Positions 23,373 through 32,179 of a DNA stretch of 64,000 nucleotides are shown piece by piece (position 1 is the stretch's first letter; the number at the start of each line of letters is the position of its first letter). A model generated the notes under the pieces. It saw nothing but the letters and a program-made list of their open reading frames with translations. It ran no database searches and was not told the DNA's origin. Source of the DNA: an uncultured Chloroflexia bacterium (GTDB lineage: Bacteria; Chloroflexota; Limnocylindria; Limnocylindrales; CSP1-4); contig CAVVAV010000002.1 of the NCBI GenBank assembly GCA_963746405.1, positions 628,155 to 692,154 on the forward strand, given 5' to 3'. Both the position numbers and the translations under genes were made by a program.

Positions 23373-25286
23373 TCAGGCCGGGACGGGCGCCTCGAGCTTC
23401 TCGATCCGGATCGCCGTGGCCTTGAACTCGGCCGTGCCCGACTTCGGGTCGGTCGCATCGATGGTCAGGAGGTTGGTCGCCACGTCGTCCTGGAAGTGCA
23501 GGGTCATGAACGTCAGCCCGGGTCGCAGCGATCCATCGAGCCGCACAGGCACCTCCACCTCGCCGCGGCGCGAGACGACACGGACCCGCTCCCCGTCGGC
23601 CAGGCCGTAGGACGCCAGGTCCTCCGGCGAGATGTCGAGCGACTCGCCGCGACGCAGCGGCGACGTGTAGCCGGCGCTCTGGACGCCGGTGTTGTACGAG
23701 TCCAGCCGCCGGCCGGTCGTCAGCCGGATGGGGTATTCGGTGGTGAGCTTGTCGACCGGTGGGTCGTGGTCGACCGGCACGAACGGGACGCGATTGCCCG
23801 GGACGGGGTCCTCCCAGAGCCGCGAATGCAGGAACAGCTCGCCTGGGTGGTCCTCGTCGTAGCACGGCCACTGGATCCCGCCGAGCTCCTCGAGGCGGCG
23901 GTAGCTCATCCCGGCGTGGACCGGGGAGAGGCGGCGGACCTCGTCCCAGACCCCCTCGGCGCTCGCCTCGCCCCAGGCCGCGCCCATGCGGTTGGCGAGC
24001 TCGAAGATGATCGCCAGGTCGTCGCGCGCGCCGGGCGGGGGCGCGACGGCCGCGCGCACGCGCTGGACCCGACGTTCGGAGTTCGTGACCGTGCCCTCAC
24101 CCTCGGCCCAGGCCGCGCTGGCCGGCAGGACGACGTCGGCGAGCTCGGCGGTCCTGGTCAGGAACAGGTCCTGCACGACGAGCAGCTCGAGCCCCTCGAG
24201 CAGGCGGATCGCGCGCTTCTGGTCCGCTTCCGATTGGACCGGGTTCTCCCCGATGCAGTAGACCGCGGTCAGGTCGCCGCGCTCCATCGCGTCGAACATC
24301 CCCGACAGGTGCCAGCCGCGCTGTGGCGGGACCTTGACGCCCCAGGCTGCATCGAATTTGGCCCGCAGCTCGTCATTCTCGACATGCTGGAAACCCGGCA
24401 GCCGGTCCGGCAGGGCGCCCATGTCGCCGCCACCCTGGACGTTGTTCTGGCCACGCAACGGGTTGACGCCGCTGCCGTACCGCCCGACGTGCCCGGTCAG
24501 GAGGACCAGCGAGATGAGCGCGAGGACGTTGTCGACCGCGTTGTGGTGCTCGGTGATCCCAAGGGTCCAGCAGATCATCGCTCGCGGCGCCCCCGCGAAG
24601 GCGTGGGCGAGCTCGCGGATGGCCTCGGCCGGGACGCCGGTCTCCTGCTCCGCGTAGTCGAGCGTGTAGCTCTCGACCTTGGCCTTGTAGGCCTCGAAGT
24701 CGACCGTCGCTCGCTCGATGAAGTCGCGGTTCTCGAGGCCGGCGGCGATGATCTCGCGGGCCATGGCGTTCGCGAGGGCGATGTCCGACCCGACATCGAG
24801 CCCGAGCCAGCTGTCGGCCCACTCCGCGCTGGACGTCCGCCGTGGATCGATCGCATAGAGGCGGGCGCCCTTGTGGACGGCCTTGAGGACGTGATGGAAG
24901 AAGATCGGATGCGTCTCGCGGGCGTTGCTGCCCCACAGGACGATCAGATCGGTGTCCTCTGCCTCACGATATGAACTTGTGCCGCCACCGGCACCGAACA
25001 CGGTCGCCAGACCGGCGACGCTCGGGGCGTGTCAGGTCCGGTTGCAGCTGTCGATGTTGTTGCTGCCCAGGACCGCCCGGCTGAACTTCTGGGCCGCGAA
25101 GTTGACCTCGTTGGTCGCCTTGCTGCAGCTGAAGGTGCCGAAGGTCGTCGGACCGTGGGCCGCCTTGGCGGCCGCGAACCCTTCGACCACGCGATCGAGC
25201 GCCTCGTCCCAGGTCGCGGGACGCAGCTCGCCGCCCTTCGTGTCACGGACGAGCGGCTGGGTCAGTCGAACGTAGGGTTTCGCCAC
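23373..25286 (-). CDS. fdhF: Selenocysteine-containing formate dehydrogenase catalytic (Mo/W-bis-MGD) subunit, 637 aa, Sec85
   Basis: ORFs 25032-25286 and 23373-25001 are in one frame joined by TGA at 25032-25034, giving NNIDSCNRT-U-HAPSVAGL (cf. FdhF DCCARVUHGPSVAGL). Also LRGQNNVQG, PASAAWAE, GTVTNSERRVQ; SECIS hairpin follows; Sec genes adjacent. Confidence 0.95.
25003..25031 (-). promoter_or_regulatory. Bacterial SECIS element
   Basis: mRNA UGA CAC GCC CCG AGC GUCGCC-GGUCU-GGCGAC: 6-bp stem starting 12 nt after UGA with a GGUCU loop, like the E. coli fdhF SECIS apex (GCA GGUC UGC). Confidence 0.85.
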
Positions 25287-25366
25287 TCAGGTGGCCTCCT
25301 GCGGGTGGTTGACGATAGGAGTGTAGCCCGCGTCCTGTGCAGGCGCGCCCGTGCCGGAACGATGGT

Positions 25367-25515
25367 GTGCCTGCCAGTCTGCACCAGGGCCTCGAACCAC
25401 CAGATCAGGCCCCGATCCGTCCTCACCAGCCCGCTCGCGTGCCTGCCAGACACGTTCCAGCGTCGAGGCTTCGGCAAAGTGGGTCTTCGACCCCTCCGTG
25501 CCGACTGGCAGACAC
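25367..25515. promoter_or_regulatory. Three imperfect palindromic operator-like sites upstream of fdh
   Basis: GTGCCTGCCAGTCTG (25367), GTGCCTGCCAGACAC (25439), CCGACTGGCAGACAC (25501); TACACT -10 box on the minus strand at 25320-25325. Confidence 0.55.
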
Positions 25516-25621
25516 ATTCCCGATCGCACGAGGTCCGCGCTGGGCCCCCAAGCAGTGCTCGCCCCTATCCTCCGGGCCGGCCGCGCCCCCATCCCGGCGG
25601 CTCGACGATGATGGGTTCGAC

Positions 25622-26434
25622 TTAGCGGGAAGCCAGATCCGCCTCGACCGCGTCCAGAAAGGCACGCAGCCGCGGCACGACAATGTCCGCGCGGTCCAGC
25701 TGCGGCCGGTGCGTCGCGCCGGGGGCGACGAGACTGGTCGCCCCGAGCTCCCTCACCAGGACATCGGCGATCGCGCCGAAAGCCGCGCCGCCGATGGCTG
25801 CCGCCGGCGGGTCGGGTGACCAGTCCCCGCGGATCACGAGCGCCGGCACCCCGGCCGAGCGGATCGATGCGAGATCCACAGTCGCCTCCCACGGCGGTCG
25901 TTCGGTCATCGAGGCGCGGATGTCGGCCACCTCGTCCGCGCCGAACGGCAACTCCGCTGGCACGTGGCTTCCGAGGGCTCCGGCGAACAGCGAGAGCCAG
26001 CGTGCGGGTGCCGTGTCGGTCGAAGCGGGGAACAGGTCGGCCAGGCGGTGGCGCAACGTCCGGACGGCCGGATGGTCCGCGGCGAGGGCGAAGAACGGCG
26101 GTTCGATCACAGTGAGCGACCGGACGGCCTCTGGTCGTCGGGACGTGGTCAGGATCGCGACGACGCCACCGTACGAGTGACCGACGAGATGGGCGCCGTC
26201 GCCCAGCACGTCGGCGACGTCCTCGGCGTCGAGGTCGAAGTCGACGCCGTGTTCGCGCGGGATGCTCTGGCCGAACCCGCGCCGATCGATGAACTCGAGG
26301 GTGTAGTGCTCGGCCAGCTCGCGCAGCGGTTCGAACGGCACCGAGCCGTGGCGCATGCTGCCGTGGACGAAGACGACCCGCGGCCCCGAACCGACGCGTT
26401 CGACGTGGACCGGTGAGCTGTCCGAAGCCGTCAC
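25622..26434 (-). CDS. Alpha/beta hydrolase
   Basis: VVFVHGS, IDRRGFGQS, HLVGHSYGG; GTG start overlaps the selD stop (GTGA). Confidence 0.88.
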   Translation of the reverse strand: MTASDSSPVHVERVGSGPRVVFVHGSMRHGSVPFEPLRELAEHYTLEFIDRRGFGQSIPREHGVDFDLDAEDVADVLGDGAHLVGHSYGGVVAILTTSRRPEAVRSLTVIEPPFFALAADHPAVRTLRHRLADLFPASTDTAPARWLSLFAGALGSHVPAELPFGADEVADIRASMTERPPWEATVDLASIRSAGVPALVIRGDWSPDPPAAAIGGAAFGAIADVLVRELGATSLVAPGATHRPQLDRADIVVPRLRAFLDAVEADLASR

Positions 26435-27492
26435 GCTAGCGCGACGCCCGTGCCGGCCTCGACCTGTCCGATCCACTGACGCTCGACGCCGGCTTCGGCG
26501 AGCATCAGATCCACGGCCGCGCGCCGATCGGCCGGGACGGCCGCCAGCAGCCCGCCGCTCGTTTGCGGATCGTGCGCGAGCGTGACCAGCGCCGGGTTCA
26601 CCCCGTCCGCGACCTCGAGGGCCGCCGCCACAAAGCGTCGGTTGTGGGCCGCGCCGCCGGTCTCGATGCCGCCAGTTGCCAGCTCCAGCGCGCCCGGCAG
26701 GGCGGGCAAGGCCGCCGCGTCGAACACGAAGCGGGTGCCCGACGCCTGGGCCATCTCGAAGCCGTGCCCCAGCAAGCCGAAGCCCGTGACATCGGTGGCC
26801 CCCCGGATGCCTGCCGCGACGAACACCTCCGAGGCCTCCCGGTTGAGCGTCCGCATCCCGTCGATGGCCGTTGCCAGGTCCGCAGCACCCGTCCGGCCCT
26901 GCCGCGAGCCCGAGACGAGGACACCGGTCCCGAGCCGCTTCGTGAGCACGAGGACGTCGCCCGGCACCGCGCCGCCCTTGCGCAGGAGCTTGTCCGGGTG
27001 CGCCGCCCCGACGACCGCGAGCCCGTACTTCGGCTCCGGGTCGCGGATCGTGTGGCCGCCGGCCAGCGTGCCCCCGGCTTCACGGACCTTGGATGACGCC
27101 CCCTCGAAGATCGCGGCCAGCACGTCCCGCGGCAGCTCCTCGGGGAATGCCGCGATCGACAGCGCGAACAGCACCCGGCCGCCCATCGCGAACACGTCGC
27201 TCATGGCGTTTGCCGCGGCGATCTCCCCGAACGTCCGCGGGTCGTCGACGAGCGGCGGAAAGAAGTCGAGCGTGCCGATGATCGCGAGGTCGTCGCTGAC
27301 GCGATAGGCCGCACCATCGTCGGGCGGCGCGAGGCCTGCGATGAGGGCGCCATCCGCACCGACCCCCGCTGCCTCCGCGCCAAGGCCGGACAGGGCGTCC
27401 GCCAGCAGGTCGGCACCGAGCTTCGCCGCACATCCGCCGCAGTCGGTCAACGTGGTCAGGCGGAGCGGCGGCGGGGCGTCGAGCGTGGTCAT
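26431..27492 (-). CDS. selD: Selenide, water dikinase (selenophosphate synthetase), Cys form
   Basis: CGGCAAK, DDGAAY, TLDFFPP, ANAMSDVFAMGG, GGHT, TDVTGFGLLGH, DPQTSGGLL. Confidence 0.96.
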   Translation of the reverse strand: MTTLDAPPPLRLTTLTDCGGCAAKLGADLLADALSGLGAEAAGVGADGALIAGLAPPDDGAAYRVSDDLAIIGTLDFFPPLVDDPRTFGEIAAANAMSDVFAMGGRVLFALSIAAFPEELPRDVLAAIFEGASSKVREAGGTLAGGHTIRDPEPKYGLAVVGAAHPDKLLRKGGAVPGDVLVLTKRLGTGVLVSGSRQGRTGAADLATAIDGMRTLNREASEVFVAAGIRGATDVTGFGLLGHGFEMAQASGTRFVFDAAALPALPGALELATGGIETGGAAHNRRFVAAALEVADGVNPALVTLAHDPQTSGGLLAAVPADRRAAVDLMLAEAGVERQWIGQVEAGTGVALA

Positions 27493-27556
27493 GGGGCGAT
27501 GATAGGTCCGCCGCCGGCCGCGGGCCGTGGGCCGCGCCCGCGCTACCATCGAGCGT

Positions 27557-27653
27557 GGGAGCGGAGGGGTCCCGGTGGGTCCCCCGGTCTTCAAAACCGG
27601 TGGCGCCGCGCTCGGCGTGGCTCGGTGGGTTCGACTCCCACGCGCTCCCGCCA
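27557..27653 (+). tRNA. selC: tRNA-Sec (anticodon UCA)
   Basis: GGGAGCG acceptor paired with CGCTCCC-GCCA; 6-bp D stem; CCGGT-CTTCAAA-ACCGG with TCA at 27591-27593; long variable arm; GTGGG-TTCGACT-CCCAC T arm; lies between selD and selA. Confidence 0.97.
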
Positions 27654-27673
27654 CGCATCACGATGGAGGAACG

Positions 27674-29056
27674 ATGTCGTCGAAGCCGGCCGCCCGGCCG
27701 CGCCCGCCCAGCGTCGAGCACGTGCTCGCGCGCGTGCGCGATCGACTCCCGGGTCCCCGCGAGGCCGGGGCGGTCCTCGCCGTAGCGCGAGAGGTCGTGG
27801 ATGCCGAGCGAGAACGCCTGCGCTCGGACGGCGCTGTGCCGCCGGACCTGGACCGCCTGGCTGCCTCGGTGCTGGATCGACTCGACGCATTCGCCGGGAA
27901 GGTCGGCGCGGCTCCGCCGGCCGTCATCAACGCGACGGGCGTCATCGTCCACACGAACCTGGGTCGTGCGCCGTGGCCGCCCGCCGCCGCGGAGTCGGCC
28001 ACCGCGCTGGCGACGCATGCCATGCTGCTCGAGCTCGACCGCGAGACGGGTCGGCGCGGGGCGCGCGCACGCATCGCCGAGGACCATCTCGTCGCGCTGA
28101 CCGGCGCCGAAGACGCCCTCGTCACGAACAACAACGCGGCGGCGCTGGCCCTCGCCGTGGGTCTCGCGGGGCGCGGTGGCGTGGTCGTGTCGCGAGGGGA
28201 GCTCGTCGAGATCGGCGGCGGCGTGCGGATCCCGGATATCGTGCGGCGCGCCGGTGCGAAGCTCATCGAGGTCGGGACGACCAATCGGACCCGCGCCGAC
28301 GATTTCGCGGCGCCGCTCGCGGAGGGCCGTGCCCGGGCCGTGCTGCGCGTTCACCCGTCCAATTTCACGATGTCGGGCTTCACCGAAAGCCCCGATCCGA
28401 CTGCCGTCGCCGACCTGGCGCACCGTCATGACGCCATCGTCATCGACGACCTGGGTTCCGGGGCGCTGCTCGACACTGCGGCCTTCGGCCTCGCTCACGA
28501 GCCCATGCCGTCCGAGCGTCTGGGCACCGGCTCCGATGTCGTCACGTTCAGCGGCGACAAGCTGGTCGGCGGGCCACAGGCGGGCCTCGTGGTGGGCCGC
28601 TCGACCCTCGTCGCCAGGATGCGACGCGATCCACTCGCCCGGGCGATGCGACCGGACAAGGTGACGATGGCCGGTGTGGCGTTGACCCTCGGGCTGTACC
28701 GGGCGGGCCGCGCCACGACGGACATCCCGGTCTGGCAGATGATCGCGACGACACCGGACGCGCTCCGCGAGCGGGCCGAACGGCTTCGCGCCCGCGTCGG
28801 CGGCGCGGTCGAGGTCGTCGACCTGCGATCGACCGTCGGAGGCGGCTCGTTGCCCGGGGAGACCCTGCCATCGGTCGGGCTGCGCCTGAGCGGGCCCTCA
28901 GCCGTGCGTCTGCTCGCCGCTCTGCGGCACGAGGATCCGCCCGTGATCGGCCGGATCGAGAACGGGCGGGTCGTGCTGGACCTCCGAACCGTCGATCCGC
29001 AGTCGGATGACGCCCTCGCCCCGACGATCGAGCGGGTGCTCGGCGGCGCCGCGTGA
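27674..29056 (+). CDS. selA: L-seryl-tRNA(Sec) selenium transferase
   Basis: [62 protein letters not shown]. Confidence 0.96.
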   Translation: MSSKPAARPRPPSVEHVLARVRDRLPGPREAGAVLAVAREVVDAERERLRSDGAVPPDLDRLAASVLDRLDAFAGKVGAAPPAVINATGVIVHTNLGRAPWPPAAAESATALATHAMLLELDRETGRRGARARIAEDHLVALTGAEDALVTNNNAAALALAVGLAGRGGVVVSRGELVEIGGGVRIPDIVRRAGAKLIEVGTTNRTRADDFAAPLAEGRARAVLRVHPSNFTMSGFTESPDPTAVADLAHRHDAIVIDDLGSGALLDTAAFGLAHEPMPSERLGTGSDVVTFSGDKLVGGPQAGLVVGRSTLVARMRRDPLARAMRPDKVTMAGVALTLGLYRAGRATTDIPVWQMIATTPDALRERAERLRARVGGAVEVVDLRSTVGGGSLPGETLPSVGLRLSGPSAVRLLAALRHEDPPVIGRIENGRVVLDLRTVDPQSDDALAPTIERVLGGAA

Positions 29057-31425
29057 CCATCGTCGTCGGGACCGCGGGCCATATCGACCACGGCAAGACC
29101 ACGCTGCTGCGCGCGCTGACCGGGATCGACGCTGACCGGTTGCCGGAGGAGCGCCGGCGCGGGATGACCATCGACGTCGGCTACGCGCATCTCGCCCTCG
29201 ACGACGGACAAGCGATCGACTTCGTCGACGTGCCGGGCCACGACAAGCTCGTCGGGAACATGCTCGTCGGCGCCGGTGAGATCGACGCCGTGATGCTCGT
29301 CGTGGCCGCCGACGATGGCCCGCGCGCGCAGACGATCGAACACCTGGCGCTGCTCGATGCCCTCGGCGTCGGCTCCGGCCTCGCGGTCGTCACCAAGATC
29401 GACGCCGTGGACCCGGAGCGGGTGGCTGCCGTCGTCGCGGCCGTCGCCGACCTCCTCGCGCCGACGTCCCTTGCCGGCTCCCCGGTCCTCGCCGCGTCCG
29501 GCCTGACCGGGGAAGGCGTGGACGCCGTCCGTGCCGCCACCGAGGCGCTGGCCGCCGCGCATCGAGCGCCGGCACGCCCGCCGACCCTCGCGATCGACCG
29601 GGTGTTCTCGGTGAAGGGCCGTGGCGCCGTCGTGACCGGCACGCTGCGGGGCGGCCCGCTCGGCCGGGGCGACACGCTCCGACTGGTCCCCGGCGACCGG
29701 GATGTCCGGATCCGCGAGGTCCAGGTCCACGGCGGGGCCGTCGACCGCGTGGAGGGAGGCGGCCGCACGGCGCTGAACCTCGCCGGTGTCGAGATCGGGG
29801 ACCTGCATCGCGGGATGGCGCTCACCAACGATTCGCTCGTGCGGGCCACGGACCGGGCACTCGTCGCGTTCGGCGGGCTGGTCGCCGACCGTACCCGCGC
29901 CAGGTTCCACGCGGGCACGGCCGATGCGGATGCGTCGGTCGGTCGGGCCGGGCGCGACGCCCTCGAGCTGCCCGACGGGATGCCCGCCGGGATCGTGCGA
30001 CTCGCCGTGCCCGTCGCCCTGGCCCCCGGTGATCGCTTCGTGCTGCGACGGGGCTCGGCCAGACTCCCCGTCGGCGGGGTCGTCCTGGACGTGGCGCCCC
30101 CGCGGGGGATCTCGCGGCGGCGTCAGACGGCCGCGCGTGTCGAGATGCTCGCGGCTGCGGGTCGCGACCCCGGCGCGCGGCTCGCGTTGCACGGCGCCAT
30201 CGCCGAGGGGGGCCGGACCATCCTCGCCCCCGACGTTCGCGAGCTGGCGGCGGCCGGGGCGCTCGCCGTCGTCAGGGACGAGGCGACGCTCGGCCAGGTG
30301 CGCTCGGCCGTGGCAGCCACGCTGCGTCGCGCTGTGACCATCCGCCGCGACGAGGCCGTTGCGGTGGCAGGGCCGGTGATCGAGGGCCTGGTGGCGGACG
30401 GCCGCCTCGTCCGGGACGACGACACCCTCCGCCACCCTGGATCTGCGGGGAGGATCGTGGACCCCGGCCTCTCGGCCGCCATGGACCGCCTCGAGGCACT
30501 GCTTGCGGTCCCGGCCCCACCCCCGCTCGCCGATGCCGCCCGGGTCGTCAATTGCTCGCCGGATGGGGTTCGGGCGCTGGAGCGGGCCGCTCGGATCGTC
30601 GTCCTGGAGCCCGATCTGGCATATGCGATGACCACCTACCGCGATCTCGCGGCCACGGCGCTGTCGATGGCCGCGCGCGGGCCCCTCACACCGGCGGCCT
30701 ACCGCGATGCGACCGGCACCAGCCGCAAGTACGTGCTGGCGATCCTCGAGGACCTCGACCGGCGGGCCATCCTGCGACGGACCGAGGGCGGTCACGTTCC
30801 AGGCCCCAAGGCGCCGCCGGGTCGCGGCCGCGCCGTGACCGGGCGCGTCGGCGCGATCGTGCTGGCCGGCGGCCGATCAGCGCGGTTCGGGCGCGACAAG
30901 CTCACTGAGCCGATCGACGGCCGGCCCCTCCTCGACCACGCGATCTCGGCCGTTCAGGCCGTCGCGACCGACGTCGTCGTCGTCACCGCTCCGGGCGTCG
31001 AGCCGATGGTGCCCGAGGGCGTCCGAATCGCCCACGATCCTGTGGCCTTCGACGGCCCGCTCGTGGGCGTCGTGGCGGGTCTCGCGGCCCTCGATCCAGG
31101 GGTCGAGCGGGTGATGGTCGTCGCCGGCGACATGCCGTCGCTCGTGCCGGCGGTGCTCGAGCGCTTGGTGGGGGCGATCGGGTCGGGACACGCGGCCGCC
31201 GTCCTGGGGAGGGGCGGCGACCAGCAGCCGTTGCCACTCGCTCTGGATCGCCGGCGCGGCGAGGCGGCCGCGCGAGAGCTCGTGGACGGCGGCGAGCGGC
31301 GGCTTCGCGCCCTGCCCGAGGCCCTCGCCGCGCACGTGGTGCCAGAGGGGTCATGGCGGCGCGACGATGCCGCCGCGGCGACGCTCCACGATATCGACAC
31401 GCCAGGGGACCTGGAGCCGGCGTAG
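29053..31425 (+). CDS. selB: Selenocysteine-specific elongation factor SelB, continuing in-frame into a MobA domain as assembled
   Basis: [50 protein letters not shown]-terminal winged helix [14 protein letters not shown]. SelB part ends near 30830. Confidence 0.93.
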   Translation: MTIVVGTAGHIDHGKTTLLRALTGIDADRLPEERRRGMTIDVGYAHLALDDGQAIDFVDVPGHDKLVGNMLVGAGEIDAVMLVVAADDGPRAQTIEHLALLDALGVGSGLAVVTKIDAVDPERVAAVVAAVADLLAPTSLAGSPVLAASGLTGEGVDAVRAATEALAAAHRAPARPPTLAIDRVFSVKGRGAVVTGTLRGGPLGRGDTLRLVPGDRDVRIREVQVHGGAVDRVEGGGRTALNLAGVEIGDLHRGMALTNDSLVRATDRALVAFGGLVADRTRARFHAGTADADASVGRAGRDALELPDGMPAGIVRLAVPVALAPGDRFVLRRGSARLPVGGVVLDVAPPRGISRRRQTAARVEMLAAAGRDPGARLALHGAIAEGGRTILAPDVRELAAAGALAVVRDEATLGQVRSAVAATLRRAVTIRRDEAVAVAGPVIEGLVADGRLVRDDDTLRHPGSAGRIVDPGLSAAMDRLEALLAVPAPPPLADAARVVNCSPDGVRALERAARIVVLEPDLAYAMTTYRDLAATALSMAARGPLTPAAYRDATGTSRKYVLAILEDLDRRAILRRTEGGHVPGPKAPPGRGRAVTGRVGAIVLAGGRSARFGRDKLTEPIDGRPLLDHAISAVQAVATDVVVVTAPGVEPMVPEGVRIAHDPVAFDGPLVGVVAGLAALDPGVERVMVVAGDMPSLVPAVLERLVGAIGSGHAAAVLGRGGDQQPLPLALDRRRGEAAARELVDGGERRLRALPEALAAHVVPEGSWRRDDAAAATLHDIDTPGDLEPA
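30835..31425 (+). CDS. mobA: Molybdenum cofactor guanylyltransferase (MobA) domain or gene
   Basis: [38 protein letters not shown]. The GTG at 30835 sits in a GTGA context typical of a separate coupled gene. Confidence 0.88.
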   Translation: MTGRVGAIVLAGGRSARFGRDKLTEPIDGRPLLDHAISAVQAVATDVVVVTAPGVEPMVPEGVRIAHDPVAFDGPLVGVVAGLAALDPGVERVMVVAGDMPSLVPAVLERLVGAIGSGHAAAVLGRGGDQQPLPLALDRRRGEAAARELVDGGERRLRALPEALAAHVVPEGSWRRDDAAAATLHDIDTPGDLEPA

Positions 31426-31465
31426 TACGGTGGTCGGGACGACACCACGATCGGGAGACGATGCC

Positions 31466-31753
31466 ATGACGACGACATCCGACGACGACCTGCGCGCCCG
31501 GGCCGAAGTACGCGTCAAGGCCCGCGAGGACTTCCGCATCCACCTGTTGATCTACGTGCTCGTGAACGGGTTCCTTTGGGCCATCTGGTTCACGACTGAT
31601 CGCACGGCGGGCGTGCCATGGCCGGCTTTCGCCTCGATCGGATGGGGGATCGGGCTCGTCGCGCACTGGTGGACGGTCTATGGCGTGAACGACGCGCGGC
31701 GCGAGGCGGAGATCCAGCGGGAGATGCGTCGGCTGCGCGGCGAGCGCGACTGA
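31466..31753 (+). CDS. 2TM domain-containing protein
   Basis: FRIHLLIYVLVNGFLWAIW...WP....GWGIGLVAH signature. Confidence 0.88.
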   Translation: MTTTSDDDLRARAEVRVKAREDFRIHLLIYVLVNGFLWAIWFTTDRTAGVPWPAFASIGWGIGLVAHWWTVYGVNDARREAEIQREMRRLRGERD

Positions 31754-31777
31754 CGGTTCTCATGCGGAGGACACACG

Positions 31778-31807
31778 ACGACCCCCGGAGGAGGATCCGG
31801 GGGTCGT
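31778..31807. terminator. Hairpin between convergent genes (probable bidirectional terminator)
   Basis: ACGACCCCCGGA-GGAGGA-TCCGGGGGTCGT, 12-bp perfect stem. Confidence 0.65.
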
Positions 31808-31849
31808 TCGCGTTTGGGAGGGAGGTCGCGAAACCGAGGGGAGGAGGCC

Positions 31850-32059
31850 TCAGCTCCGGTACGGGTAGTCGTGGAGCGGCGGAAGGATCGAGCGGCTGTA
31901 ATCGGCAGGGGCGTCGATCGCCGACTTGACCGAGGATGCAGCGGAGGCGATCCGCTCGAACAGTCCGGGCTTCTCGACCTTGGCCGCGCGGTGAGCCGCC
32001 GCCTCATCGAGCAGATACTGGATGTGCTCGTTGACGATGAGGATCGAATACGAGTTCAT
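31850..32059 (-). CDS. Small hypothetical protein (69 aa)
   Basis: Strong SD AGAAAGGAG before the ATG; protein-like sequence MNSYSILIVNEHIQYLLDEAAAHR...; followed by a hairpin. Confidence 0.7.
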   Translation of the reverse strand: MNSYSILIVNEHIQYLLDEAAAHRAAKVEKPGLFERIASAASSVKSAIDAPADYSRSILPPLHDYPYRS

Positions 32060-32179
32060 TGCTTGATCGCTCCTTTCTGCGTCCCGGTCCATCCGGTGCG
32101 CAACAGGAGCATCGCCCAAGCGGGTCGCGACGACCACCGTCGTCCGTTGCCGAAACACCATCGTCATCCGTCCATGTCG

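Noticed and set aside
25365..25517. Repeats spaced 60-70 bp resembling a mini CRISPR array or CRP sites
   Set aside because: Only three short degenerate copies, one inverted, and no cas genes. GTG-N9-CAC spacing does not match CRP (GTG-N8-CAC).
27557..27700. tRNA-Sec as an integration site for an island
   Set aside because: No integrase and no duplicated tRNA 3' end seen; selA follows after 20 nt.
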